A stretch of DNA of 64,000 nt from Candidatus Magasanikbacteria bacterium RIFOXYD1_FULL_40_23. GTDB lineage: Bacteria > Patescibacteriota > Patescibacteriia > Magasanikbacterales > GWA2-37-8. Positions within the stretch are counted from its first letter, which is position 1, and the number at the start of each line of letters is the position of its first letter. Below the pieces are notes generated by a model. It was not told the origin of the DNA. It did not search any database and saw only the letters and a program-made list of their open reading frames with translations. The stretch spans positions 146,824-210,823 of the forward strand of contig MFRA01000005.1 of assembly GCA_001783215.1 (NCBI GenBank), in the 5' to 3' direction. Shown here one piece after another: positions 9,490 to 17,898 of the stretch. The position numbers and the translations under genes were made by a program.

Positions 9490-9727
9490 ATTTAAAAGCC
9501 CGCTTTTGGCGGGCGTAGTTTCTATATAAAACTACACCTGCGTTAGGCGTTATTATTATTCAAATTGTTATTTAGGCTTTTCATAAGAATTATAATAAGT
9601 CTTTTATGGTTTTCTGTCAATGATTGACTTCTCGCTGTGATTATGATATATAAATATGTCTGTTAATTTTGCGGACTTTGACACGTGTGTTGTCGAAGAC
9701 GTGGAAAACAGGCAAAGGAGAGAGCTC

Positions 9728-10294
9728 ATGAGTTTCTGGGGAAAAGCCTGGTATTACATCAAGCGCTTTGGCTATTGGTTTGATGGTCGAGAAGAGCGTC
9801 CGGCCCTCCCGCCAGCAATGCAGACAAACCTTTCTATGTTGGTGGCTTCGGTTTTTGTTCGTGAGCCGAACGGTTCCCGAACTAATATCGAAAACCATCT
9901 GGAGCAGGAGTTGATCCTGCGTCATGCCAAGGTGGTGGTAGCCAATCAAAAAGTAGGTATGGCTATCATTAAAGATGGCACATTTCAGCCTCTGGCTACT
10001 AATGCGAACTGTTCGTTCGTGGGTACTCTGAGAATAGAAAGAGATGTGGTATTTGAGGATCAAACTAGAGGCGGTAAGAAAAAAGAGACCGACGGCGTGA
10101 TGTTTATCCTTAGTTTCCGCCTTTTTGGTATCGATGGGACCGTTCTAATCTCCGGAACGGCTGAAATAGATGGGGAAGCGGGCATGATTTCATACGACGA
10201 AGAGATGCGTTCTTTGGCTGCCGAAGCCATCACTTATCTGGACACCACGGATGTCTGGGCAAATGTGATTGTTTCCACGACATCTACTGACTGA
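9728..10294 (+). CDS. hypothetical protein (moderately GC-rich)
   Basis: Internal ATG with an SD (aaaggagagagctcATG). 188 aa with no recognised motif. Followed by a hairpin plus T-run at ~10300-10335. Confidence 0.4.
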   Translation: MSFWGKAWYYIKRFGYWFDGREERPALPPAMQTNLSMLVASVFVREPNGSRTNIENHLEQELILRHAKVVVANQKVGMAIIKDGTFQPLATNANCSFVGTLRIERDVVFEDQTRGGKKKETDGVMFILSFRLFGIDGTVLISGTAEIDGEAGMISYDEEMRSLAAEAITYLDTTDVWANVIVSTTSTD

Positions 10295-10342
10295 TTGGTT
10301 GGATGGTTCGCAAGAGCCATCCGCTTTTTTATTTAAAAAAGT

Positions 10343-10371
10343 TGCATTGAACAAAAACAAGTGCTAGAATA
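10343..10371 (+). promoter_or_regulatory. sigma70-like promoter upstream of proS
   Basis: TTGCAT, a 17-nt spacer, then TAGAAT. Confidence 0.45.
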
Positions 10372-10395
10372 AGCCGGTATTTAGATAAAAATCCT

Positions 10396-11631
10396 ATGCG
10401 ATATTCCAACCTATTTGGCAAAACTAGCAAAAGTATTCAGGCTGATGCCGACAGCGCCAATGCCAAACTGCTTACCCAGGCTGGCTTTGTGAACAAACAA
10501 ATGGCCGGTGTTTATAATTATCTGCCTTTGGGTTTGCGAGTTCTTACAAAAATTCAAAATATTATTCGTGCAGAAATGAATGCGGTGGGTGGCAACGAAA
10601 TACTTATGCCAACTATGACCCAAGAGTCTAGCTATGTGCAAACTGGCCGAGATAAAATGGATGTTTTGTTTCATCTTAAAGGGAGAGACGATTCGGAGTT
10701 GGTTTTAAATCCTACCCACGAAGAAGTGGTAACGCCTTTGGCGCAAAAGTATACTTTTTCTTATCGTGATTTGCCAGTATCTGTTTATCAGATTCAAAAT
10801 AAGTTTCGCAACGAACCGCGCGCCAAATCCGGATTGCTTCGCGGACGTGAATTTAACATGAAAGATATGTATTCTTTCCATGTTTCGCACGAGGATTTGG
10901 ATAATTATTACGAACAAGTAAAACAAGCTTACTTTAAAATTTACACCAAATTAGGAATTGGCGATATTACAGTTCTAACTTATGCGTCTGGTGGAGTTTT
11001 TAGTAAATATTCGCATGAGTTTCAAACTTTTGCCGAGGTGGGTGAAGATACCATTTATTTTTGTGGTAAGTGCAAAGTGGCGGTAAACAAAGAAATTATA
11101 GATGATCAAAAAGGTGCCTGTCCAGAATGCGGAACTTCGGAATTAGAAGAGCGACAAGCGATAGAGGTAGGAAACATTTTTAAATTGGCAGATAAATTTT
11201 CTAAGCCATTTGATTTTGAATATGCAGACAGCAATGGAAAAAATCAGTTGGTTCAGATGGGATGTTATGGTATTGGCCCATCAAGATTAATGGGTACTTT
11301 GGTAGAAATTTTTCATGATGAAAAAGGAATTATTTGGCCAAAAGAAGTGGCTCCATACGCAGTGCACCTAGTTTCATTGGGCGCAGATGAAAATATAAAA
11401 ACAGAAGCGGAAAAATTATATAATCAGTTGGTAGAAAAAGGTGTAGAAGTTTTGTGGGACGATCGAGATGCTAGCGCCGGAGCCAAACTCGCCGATGCAG
11501 ATTTGATTGGTATTCCAACGAGACTAGTTGTTTCCAAAAAAACTTTAGCCGAAGAGAGTGTAGAATTAAAAGAAAGAAATAAGAGCGAAGCGGAGATGGT
11601 AAAAATGTCCGAACTGTTAAGCAGAATTTAA
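10396..11631 (+). CDS. proS: prolyl-tRNA synthetase, minimal form with no editing (INS) domain
   Basis: The N-terminus MRYSNLFGKTSK...AGFV matches bacterial ProRS. Class II motifs are present (FRNEPRAKSGLLRGREFNMKDMYSFH). Zinc motif CGKC...CPEC. Class IIa anticodon-binding domain at the C-terminus. Only 411 aa. Confidence 0.8.
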   Translation: MRYSNLFGKTSKSIQADADSANAKLLTQAGFVNKQMAGVYNYLPLGLRVLTKIQNIIRAEMNAVGGNEILMPTMTQESSYVQTGRDKMDVLFHLKGRDDSELVLNPTHEEVVTPLAQKYTFSYRDLPVSVYQIQNKFRNEPRAKSGLLRGREFNMKDMYSFHVSHEDLDNYYEQVKQAYFKIYTKLGIGDITVLTYASGGVFSKYSHEFQTFAEVGEDTIYFCGKCKVAVNKEIIDDQKGACPECGTSELEERQAIEVGNIFKLADKFSKPFDFEYADSNGKNQLVQMGCYGIGPSRLMGTLVEIFHDEKGIIWPKEVAPYAVHLVSLGADENIKTEAEKLYNQLVEKGVEVLWDDRDASAGAKLADADLIGIPTRLVVSKKTLAEESVELKERNKSEAEMVKMSELLSRI

Positions 11632-11637
11632 AAACTA

Positions 11638-11668
11638 AACAAAAAAATCCCCGAGTTGGGGATTTTTT
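11638..11668. terminator. bidirectional terminator (extended palindrome)
   Basis: aaactaaacaaaaaaatccccgagttggggatttttttgtttagttt, located between convergent genes. Confidence 0.7.
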
Positions 11669-11681
11669 TGTTTAGTTTTGT

Positions 11682-12092
11682 TTAGAGGTTTTCGTCCTTG
11701 CGGCGAAGAATATTCCAGTGAATAAGGAATAGTGGGATACCAACTACGATCATAGATATGTCGCGTACCACACTATTTTGTTTTTGAGCAATGCGGTTGG
11801 TCTCTTGTTGTTTGGCGCTTATTGCATTTTGTTTCTCACATTCTTCTACAGACATTACTGGTCCTCTGGAAAGATCTTCTTTTATACCAGGTGGTAAAGG
11901 TTGTGGGCCTGTACATACACTTGGCACATAGTACATATCTTTATCGGCAGCAGTAAATACCCAAGTTTTAAGAGCTATATTTATAGCATCGGCGAAAGAG
12001 AAAACGACCATCATTAGAGCTACGAAACAGACTAGGTAGAAGTATATACTTTTTATGATTCTTCCTTTTGACGCTGGGTTTAGATTATCCAT
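11682..12092 (-). CDS. hypothetical membrane protein
   Basis: 136 aa with two hydrophobic helices. No motif recognised. Confidence 0.4.
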   Translation of the reverse strand: MDNLNPASKGRIIKSIYFYLVCFVALMMVVFSFADAINIALKTWVFTAADKDMYYVPSVCTGPQPLPPGIKEDLSRGPVMSVEECEKQNAISAKQQETNRIAQKQNSVVRDISMIVVGIPLFLIHWNILRRKDENL

Positions 12093-12119
12093 ACTGTGAT
12101 ATGATTAGTTAGTTAAAAT

Positions 12120-13094
12120 TTAAATCAATCCCATTTTTGTTTTTACTTCTTCCATTTTTTTCTCTGCCACACCCTTTGCTTTTTTGGCACCATCTTCCAA
12201 AATCTTTTTTACTTTGTCATCGTCTAAGGCATTAAATTTATCTTGAAACTGTGAGATAAATTCTACAACTACCCCGGACAATCCTTTTTTGAAATCTGCA
12301 TAGCCTTTGCCTGTATATTCTTTTTCTATATTTTTTATACCTTGGCCAGAAAGTAGAGAATATATAGTAAGTAGGTTGGCTAGCGCTGGTCTGTCTGCGC
12401 CGGATTCTATGGTAGTACCAGAGTCGGTAACTGCGCGAGATATTTTTTTGGCAACTACTTCTGGGGAATCAAGTAGGGCGATATAGTTGTTGGCGCTAGT
12501 GGCGCTCTTGCTCATTTTTTTGGTTGGGTCGTCTAGTCCCATTATACGAGCGCCCTCTTTATTTATCATTGGCTCAGGCTCAACAAATGTTTTGCCATAT
12601 AGCGAATTAAATCTTGCAGCCAAATCGCGGGTTAATTCTACATGCTGTTTTTGATCTTCGCCAACTGGTACTACTTCTGGGCTATATAATAGGATGTCGG
12701 AAGCCATAAGTACTGGGTAATCGAATAGACCCATATTTATATTTTCTTTGTGATCTTTGGCTTTATCTTTAAACTGCGTCATGCGTTCTAGTTCAGAAAC
12801 TTTGGCAACTGTATTTAAAATCCAAGCCAACTCGGTATGCTGTGGTACGTGTGATTGAACAAAAATTGTAGACTTGTTTGGGTCAACCCCCAAAGCCAAA
12901 TAAGTTTTGGCTACATTTAAAACATTTTGACGAAGTTGTTTAGGGTCTTGTTTTATGGTTATGGCATGCAAATCTACCACGCAATAAAAAGCGTCGTATG
13001 AGTTTTGTAGCTCTACCCAGTTTTTGATTGCGCCCAAGTAATTACCCAAGTGCAGGTTGTTGGTTGGTTGTACGCCGGAGAAAACTCGTTTCAT
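12120..13094 (-). CDS. trpS: tryptophanyl-tRNA synthetase
   Basis: Class I HIGH-type motif (TNNLHLGNYLGA) and KMSKS. 324 aa. Confidence 0.9.
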   Translation of the reverse strand: MKRVFSGVQPTNNLHLGNYLGAIKNWVELQNSYDAFYCVVDLHAITIKQDPKQLRQNVLNVAKTYLALGVDPNKSTIFVQSHVPQHTELAWILNTVAKVSELERMTQFKDKAKDHKENINMGLFDYPVLMASDILLYSPEVVPVGEDQKQHVELTRDLAARFNSLYGKTFVEPEPMINKEGARIMGLDDPTKKMSKSATSANNYIALLDSPEVVAKKISRAVTDSGTTIESGADRPALANLLTIYSLLSGQGIKNIEKEYTGKGYADFKKGLSGVVVEFISQFQDKFNALDDDKVKKILEDGAKKAKGVAEKKMEEVKTKMGLI

Positions 13095-13244
13095 GGTGGT
13101 AAGTTTAAACAGATTAATTGATTACTTGGATAGTTTACCGAATTTGACTGTGATTGTAAACAATCGGCCTAAGGGGTTGATTTTTATCGTTTTATATGGT
13201 ATAGATAAATTTGTATTCTTCCCACACAAACCACAAGAGGATAT

Positions 13245-13598
13245 ATGGAAGTTCCGTGTAGGTACGTCGTAGATCGTGAAGTTAGCCTCTATCTGCTTCT
13301 TTATGTGCTCCTCAAGAGCAAGCTGTCCGAAGAGCAGCAGGAAGTAATTGGCACGATGGACGAGATGGATGCCGAGTTGCACAACTTGGCCAAGCTGGTA
13401 TTGCCTGGCTATGCGAGTCAGTGGCCAAAGATGGCCCGTTTGCAGCTTCCGCATTTGGAGTCAGCTCTGCAGGAGCGGTTTCCGGAGTTGGTTCAGCTCC
13501 CTGTCAAGCACTTGCTTGGAGCAAGTCAGTTCCGAACGTGGTTGACTCATCAGGTCGCTCGCTTCGGTGAGTGGCTAGATATCGATTCGAAGGGGTAG
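13245..13598 (+). CDS. hypothetical protein (GC-rich; start uncertain)
   Basis: 117-aa ORF in a GC-rich patch. Followed by a hairpin plus T-run at ~13625-13660. Confidence 0.25.
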   Translation: MEVPCRYVVDREVSLYLLLYVLLKSKLSEEQQEVIGTMDEMDAELHNLAKLVLPGYASQWPKMARLQLPHLESALQERFPELVQLPVKHLLGASQFRTWLTHQVARFGEWLDIDSKG

Positions 13599-13656
13599 TA
13601 TAGTGGCGGAAGCCAAAATCGGTTGGGGCGCGGACTCTGTGTAGGACCGCCCTTTT

Positions 13657-14130
13657 TTAATAGTGATAATTTCTACTGGAGTTAATCATCATAGCTCGAT
13701 AAATTTGCTCCCACAAAAATACCCGTGCCATTTGGTGAGTAAAAGTCATAGAAGATAAAGAAAGTTTGAGTTTAGCAAGTTTTAAAATAGATTCGTGCAG
13801 GCCAAGTGGTCCGCCGATAATAAATGTGAGGTGATGAAATTGTTCTAGTTCTGTAAAATGCTGAGCAAATTGTTTGGAAGAAAAGTTTTTGCCATGTTCG
13901 TCTAAAACAATTATGTGCGCATCTTTTATTTTTTCTAAAGTACCTATAATTTTTTCTGCTTCTTTTTGTTTTATATTTTCTATATTATCTTTTTCCGAAA
14001 AAGATTCTTCTCGCAGTTCGTGAATGGTAATTTTGGCCCAAGGTTTTAGGCGTTTTAGATATTCACTTTCAGCTTCTTGCCAGAAGGTTTCTTTTAATTT
14101 TCCCAAAATGATTAAATCTATGTGTAACAT
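13657..14130 (-). CDS. rlmH: 23S rRNA (pseudouridine1915-N3)-methyltransferase RlmH
   Basis: SPOUT-family signature: IIVLDEHGK...FIIGGPLGL...LSLSSMTFTHQMARV. 157 aa. Confidence 0.85.
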   Translation of the reverse strand: MLHIDLIILGKLKETFWQEAESEYLKRLKPWAKITIHELREESFSEKDNIENIKQKEAEKIIGTLEKIKDAHIIVLDEHGKNFSSKQFAQHFTELEQFHHLTFIIGGPLGLHESILKLAKLKLSLSSMTFTHQMARVFLWEQIYRAMMINSSRNYHY

Positions 14131-14139
14131 AATGAGTAT

Positions 14140-14500
14140 AAAATTTTTGCCCCGTCCTTTTGTGAAGAACGGGGCTGGTGAGGAAGTGGTATTCCCGAGC
14201 TAGTTTCGGGTTATCGACCACGATTCCTTCTCTTGATGAGGCCGCGAGCCGGCTGTCCAGATTGTTTTCGGTGTCGCCCCCTGGCGCTATTGTTCTTCTG
14301 TTTCCTTCTCGTGTGAAATGGTGGGTAGCGCACCTCTTCGGACGGTCTCCGAAATTCGGTATACTGTAAGCCCAAGACGGAGCAGTAGAGAAAGATGATG
14401 AGTGGCACGGCGCCTCCCTTTGGGTTGTTGGTGTAGCAGTCCGGCGTTGACCGGAAAGATACATTTGCACTCCGGATACTACATGAATAATGTGCAAAAG
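14140..14500 (+). ncRNA. rnpB: candidate RNase P RNA (rnpB); boundaries approximate
   Basis: A ~360-nt GC-rich non-coding stretch whose only ORFs are overlapping junk. GUGUGAAAUGGUGGGUAGCGCACC resembles the bacterial P10-P12 'GUGNAAA...GGUGCGGUAAGAGCGCACC' region. GGUAUACUGUAAGCCCAAGACGGAGCAGUAGAG resembles 'GGUAAACUCCACCCGGAGCAAGGCCAAAUAGG'. A P3-like hairpin (gccccgtccttttgtgaagaacggggc) is followed by GAGGAAGUGG (compare GAGGAAAGUCC). A putative P4 pairing is GUGGUAU / AUACUAC. Confidence 0.5.
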
Positions 14501-14585
14501 TCAATCTTGACAACTATAGATTAATACTTTTACAGGTTAAAATGGATGTGATATATTTTATGTATACTTATTTTATTTTAAACGT

Positions 14586-14837
14586 ATGTCAAATAGACAA
14601 GAGCGTGGAATAGGTGAAGAAAATATAGAAGTTTTTCAAAATCCGGACAAACCGGTTGTGGAAGCTAGTCCGCTGGCTCCGGGGGTGCTAAAAGTAAAAA
14701 GAGGTGATGCGCCACCATCAGTAAATAAGGTAGATAGAGCGACTGCGCAAGCAAGACTCGATTCTTTAAAGGGACCTGGGTCTAAAATTGTAGGTGGTGG
14801 GTCTGCACCTAGTCGAAATGGAAAATTTAGTAGATGA
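14586..14837 (+). CDS. hypothetical small Gly/Pro-rich protein (GC-rich)
   Basis: 83-aa ORF followed by a clean terminator. Confidence 0.4.
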   Translation: MSNRQERGIGEENIEVFQNPDKPVVEASPLAPGVLKVKRGDAPPSVNKVDRATAQARLDSLKGPGSKIVGGGSAPSRNGKFSR

Positions 14838-14842
14838 AATGA

Positions 14843-14876
14843 AAATCCGGTCGCATTGTGCGAGCGGATTTTTTCT
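14843..14876 (+). terminator. rho-independent terminator
   Basis: aaatccggtcgcattgtgcgagcggatttttt. Confidence 0.6.
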
Positions 14877-14923
14877 TTGTGCTACTAGAATAACTACGTT
14901 TCGCTTAAAGCACGAGAGGGTGA

Positions 14924-17725
14924 TTGTTCGTTGACAATACACCGAAACTTGCAACCGATAGGAAGTACCAAATGTCGAAATCTCCAAAGAAAAGGACCCC
15001 AGCAGAGGAGCTGGCTTGGTTATGTGATTTTTCTATTACCGCCTGCGTGGCTCACGTGAGTGAGTTTGCGCCAGGCACTGATTATTTCAAGGCTGCCGAA
15101 GCAGATGCATCGGTGGTCATTGAGAGTCTAAAGCAGACGCCGGATCTCACAGGTGTGATTATCGACGGTATGGCCAGCGTGCGCCGTCCCGGTATTCTTG
15201 ATGACAGCGTGGTGTTCTATAACAGTACCGAAGAAGAGGTGCTCGCACACCTTGAAAAGGTGCCATCGCACGACCACGTTCACTGGATGTTTAACAAACT
15301 TTTAGAGATCCAAGATGTGTGGCTTGGCAAATTCCGTAAGGCGTTGCCGGCAGTCAAGATTGTTTATTCGGCCGACTCGGACGACTTGGCAGCTACGGCC
15401 GAGCGCATGTTGCGGGTGATTGTGCAGTCTGCAACGGTAAAAGCTTCTCAGACTAAGAAGAGTTTGGAAGAGCAGCGTGATGAGCTGCAAGCCAGGCTCG
15501 ATGGTCCGGGCAAGCTGACTAGCTCTGTTCTGCAGGCTAAGTTGCACGAGCTCCAATCTAAGCGCAAAAAGTTGGTTGGAACCTCTGGTAAGAGTGAGCT
15601 CAGGGCAGTTGAGGCTGATTTTGCCGAGGCGAAAGAAGGCCTACATCTTCTCGCTGAGCGTGAGCGGTTGGTAATTAAGCTTCGAGTCAATAAGGCAAAG
15701 AAGAAGCAAAAGTTAATCGAAAAAACCGAAGCCGAGCTGGTTTCGGTTCAAGCCGAGATTAGCGCCAGAGAAGATGGTGTGGTCAAGGCACTGAACAAGG
15801 CTATTGAAGCTAGAGAAAGGTTCAGTGGCGAGGTTGGCAAGAAAGCCGATCGCGATGCCCTTGATTTGGACATTAAAGAGCTTCGAAAGAGCATCGAAGA
15901 TATTAGAGAAAAAATTGCCAAGATCCAAACCAGAATGACCAAGCTGGAAAAGGTCTTTAAGAACTTGCGTGAATCGGAAACTAGCCCGGTATACGGTAAG
16001 CGTATGACCGAGCACGTGCGCAGGTTGTATAAGCGCTTCTATGCTTTGGGTCAAAAGCACAATGTCCAAGTTGTGTTCAAGCCCGAAGTGCTGGTCTTTG
16101 GAAATTTGGTGATTGACTATGCGCACGATCGCGGCCGCACTTGGCAGCCGATGCCTGGGCGTGTGCGTCGATTGGCAGAGTCGTATCATGGAATGATGAC
16201 AAGCTATCGTGAAAACATTGCCGAAGCGCTGGAGGAGCAAAAGGCTGCTACGCGCGAGGTGGATGTTGTTATGGAGAGCGGTCATCACGGTGTCTTCTTT
16301 GCTCGTTGGCAGAAGCAGGAGCTTACGCCGGAAGAAATTCGCATGCAGCACGTGAACACGTACTACACGGGTGCAAGCGATGATGTGAAACACACGGTGT
16401 TTATTGCAGGTATGCCGTTTGAGCCGCAAGATGAGATCGATAAGTACCTCAAGCGACAGAAGCCGGGTCGGACCCGTGCTGGCAAGCCTATTGCCAGTTC
16501 TTCGCACCCCGTGTTTATTCGTAACTCTCAGAAGTCAGTTGCCGGTGTGACGCTTGTGCGTAAACACAACCACGGACTAATTTCCGTGGAAGCGATTATG
16601 TACTTTCTCTACCGGAATAAGCAGGTGTTGGAACAGTTCAAGGGCGTGATGATTCTGCTTGATTCAGATAATCACTTGAACTCGCCCGAAATGGATTGCC
16701 CAGGCACTCTCGGTGAGCTTGCCCTTCTTGATCAGCTGATCAAGAATCCTATGGTGCTCTACAACCAGAAGATCTATGTGGGTGGCAACCTTAACTTGGG
16801 TGATGTATCCGAAGCGAACTCCAAGAAGTGGAAAGAGGCAGTTAAATTCCGTCGCCCGGTGATGGAAATTCTTCAGGAAATCGCTATGCTCGTCGCTGGA
16901 ACTGATACCAGCAACCCCAAGTCTGTGGCCGAGACTGCGCTTCGTTGGGCCAACGACATGATGGGTGGAGCAAACGAGAGTATGAAGTTGAATATGCGGG
17001 TAACGAAGTGGTTCCTCAAGGAGAAATTCATGAGGATCTATAATCAGAGCCCGACTCGTTTGCGCGACATTATGGCCGTGTTGGAGGGCAATCACTTTGC
17101 CGATGCGGTGCGTGATGTTGGTATTCAGGAGTTTACTTTGTTTGAGGAGTGGTTAATTGCTATGCGGGATGCGCACATTGATTTTCCGGAGAAGGGGCGC
17201 AAGCCTTTCCCTGTGAGAATCGAGGCCGGTGGCGAACCGCAATACTTCCAGCCGGATAATGGCAAGGCCGAAGTAGTGGTGCACTTAGGAGGTTATAGCA
17301 GTGCTCGACAAGGAATTATTGAGAAGTTTGGTGTGGGCCATGATGGCAAGTTGCTAGTGCAAGCTCCTTGTAGGGTTGGGCTCACTCACGAGCCGAACGC
17401 CATCTTGAATAAGGCTCGTAACCAGAACGCTGACGTGACCTATGCGGGGCATACGCATGAGTTTTACGTCATGGCAGATAAGAGTGGCACTAACAAGGTG
17501 CGTTTCATCCATCAGCTGGGTGCAACGCAGCGAGTGTCTGCTACAGAGCTAATGTATGGTGGATTGCCTCGTACGTCTGGAGTAGCGCTGGCTGTTATTC
17601 CGCGTCCAGGGCGATATTGGACTATGATGATCCCTATGAACCACATGCGTCGCATTGGTGAGGCGCAGCGAATGGTTGATGCAGAAGCAGAGGTGGCCAA
17701 GAAGAATGGTAAAAAGAAAGAGTAA
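14924..17725 (+). CDS. large hypothetical protein (933 aa). It has an N-terminal domain, a long coiled-coil region and a C-terminal region with weak metallophosphatase-like motifs. An alternative start at 14972 is possible.
   Basis: Long GC-rich ORF (~52% GC). Heptad-like charged segment around aa 180-360. DYAHDRG and GHTHEFYV resemble calcineurin-like phosphoesterase motifs II and VI; this is tentative. The alternative start MSKSPKK has an SD (ggaagtaccaaATG). Confidence 0.55.
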   Translation: MFVDNTPKLATDRKYQMSKSPKKRTPAEELAWLCDFSITACVAHVSEFAPGTDYFKAAEADASVVIESLKQTPDLTGVIIDGMASVRRPGILDDSVVFYNSTEEEVLAHLEKVPSHDHVHWMFNKLLEIQDVWLGKFRKALPAVKIVYSADSDDLAATAERMLRVIVQSATVKASQTKKSLEEQRDELQARLDGPGKLTSSVLQAKLHELQSKRKKLVGTSGKSELRAVEADFAEAKEGLHLLAERERLVIKLRVNKAKKKQKLIEKTEAELVSVQAEISAREDGVVKALNKAIEARERFSGEVGKKADRDALDLDIKELRKSIEDIREKIAKIQTRMTKLEKVFKNLRESETSPVYGKRMTEHVRRLYKRFYALGQKHNVQVVFKPEVLVFGNLVIDYAHDRGRTWQPMPGRVRRLAESYHGMMTSYRENIAEALEEQKAATREVDVVMESGHHGVFFARWQKQELTPEEIRMQHVNTYYTGASDDVKHTVFIAGMPFEPQDEIDKYLKRQKPGRTRAGKPIASSSHPVFIRNSQKSVAGVTLVRKHNHGLISVEAIMYFLYRNKQVLEQFKGVMILLDSDNHLNSPEMDCPGTLGELALLDQLIKNPMVLYNQKIYVGGNLNLGDVSEANSKKWKEAVKFRRPVMEILQEIAMLVAGTDTSNPKSVAETALRWANDMMGGANESMKLNMRVTKWFLKEKFMRIYNQSPTRLRDIMAVLEGNHFADAVRDVGIQEFTLFEEWLIAMRDAHIDFPEKGRKPFPVRIEAGGEPQYFQPDNGKAEVVVHLGGYSSARQGIIEKFGVGHDGKLLVQAPCRVGLTHEPNAILNKARNQNADVTYAGHTHEFYVMADKSGTNKVRFIHQLGATQRVSATELMYGGLPRTSGVALAVIPRPGRYWTMMIPMNHMRRIGEAQRMVDAEAEVAKKNGKKKE

Positions 17726-17746
17726 GAATTTTTTTAAACTAGGTTG

Positions 17747-17783
17747 TTGGGGTGTTCGGAATGTCCGAGCACCCCTTTTTTTG
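17747..17783 (+). terminator. rho-independent terminator
   Basis: ggggtgttcggaatgtccgagcaccccttttttt. Confidence 0.7.
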
Positions 17784-17898
17784 TTGTCAGCGACGAGATG
17801 AGCTTGCGAATCCGTCTGGCTGACAATCCGCCGCGTTTGCGGGTGCCACAGAGCCGAATGGGTGTGCGGTGGAGGGAGAGGCGGATACAATGAAGTAA

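Noticed and set aside
13095-13244. T-box leader upstream of trpS or proS
   Set aside because: The upstream regions are ~150 and ~100 nt, with no specifier or T-box (AGGGUGGNACCGCG) sequences.
14140-14500. tmRNA or SRP RNA as the identity of the GC-rich non-coding block
   Set aside because: No tRNA-like T-loop (GGUUCGANUCC) or CCA-adjacent acceptor pairing for tmRNA. No SRP domain IV GGAA/AGCAGC motifs. The sequence blocks fit RNase P better.
14069-14513. Track ORFs 14069..14497(-), 14211..14513(-) and 14178..14369(+) in the GC-rich block
   Set aside because: They overlap one another and the rlmH start, have Arg/Gly-rich junk composition and no RBS. The region is better explained as a structured RNA (the RNase P candidate).
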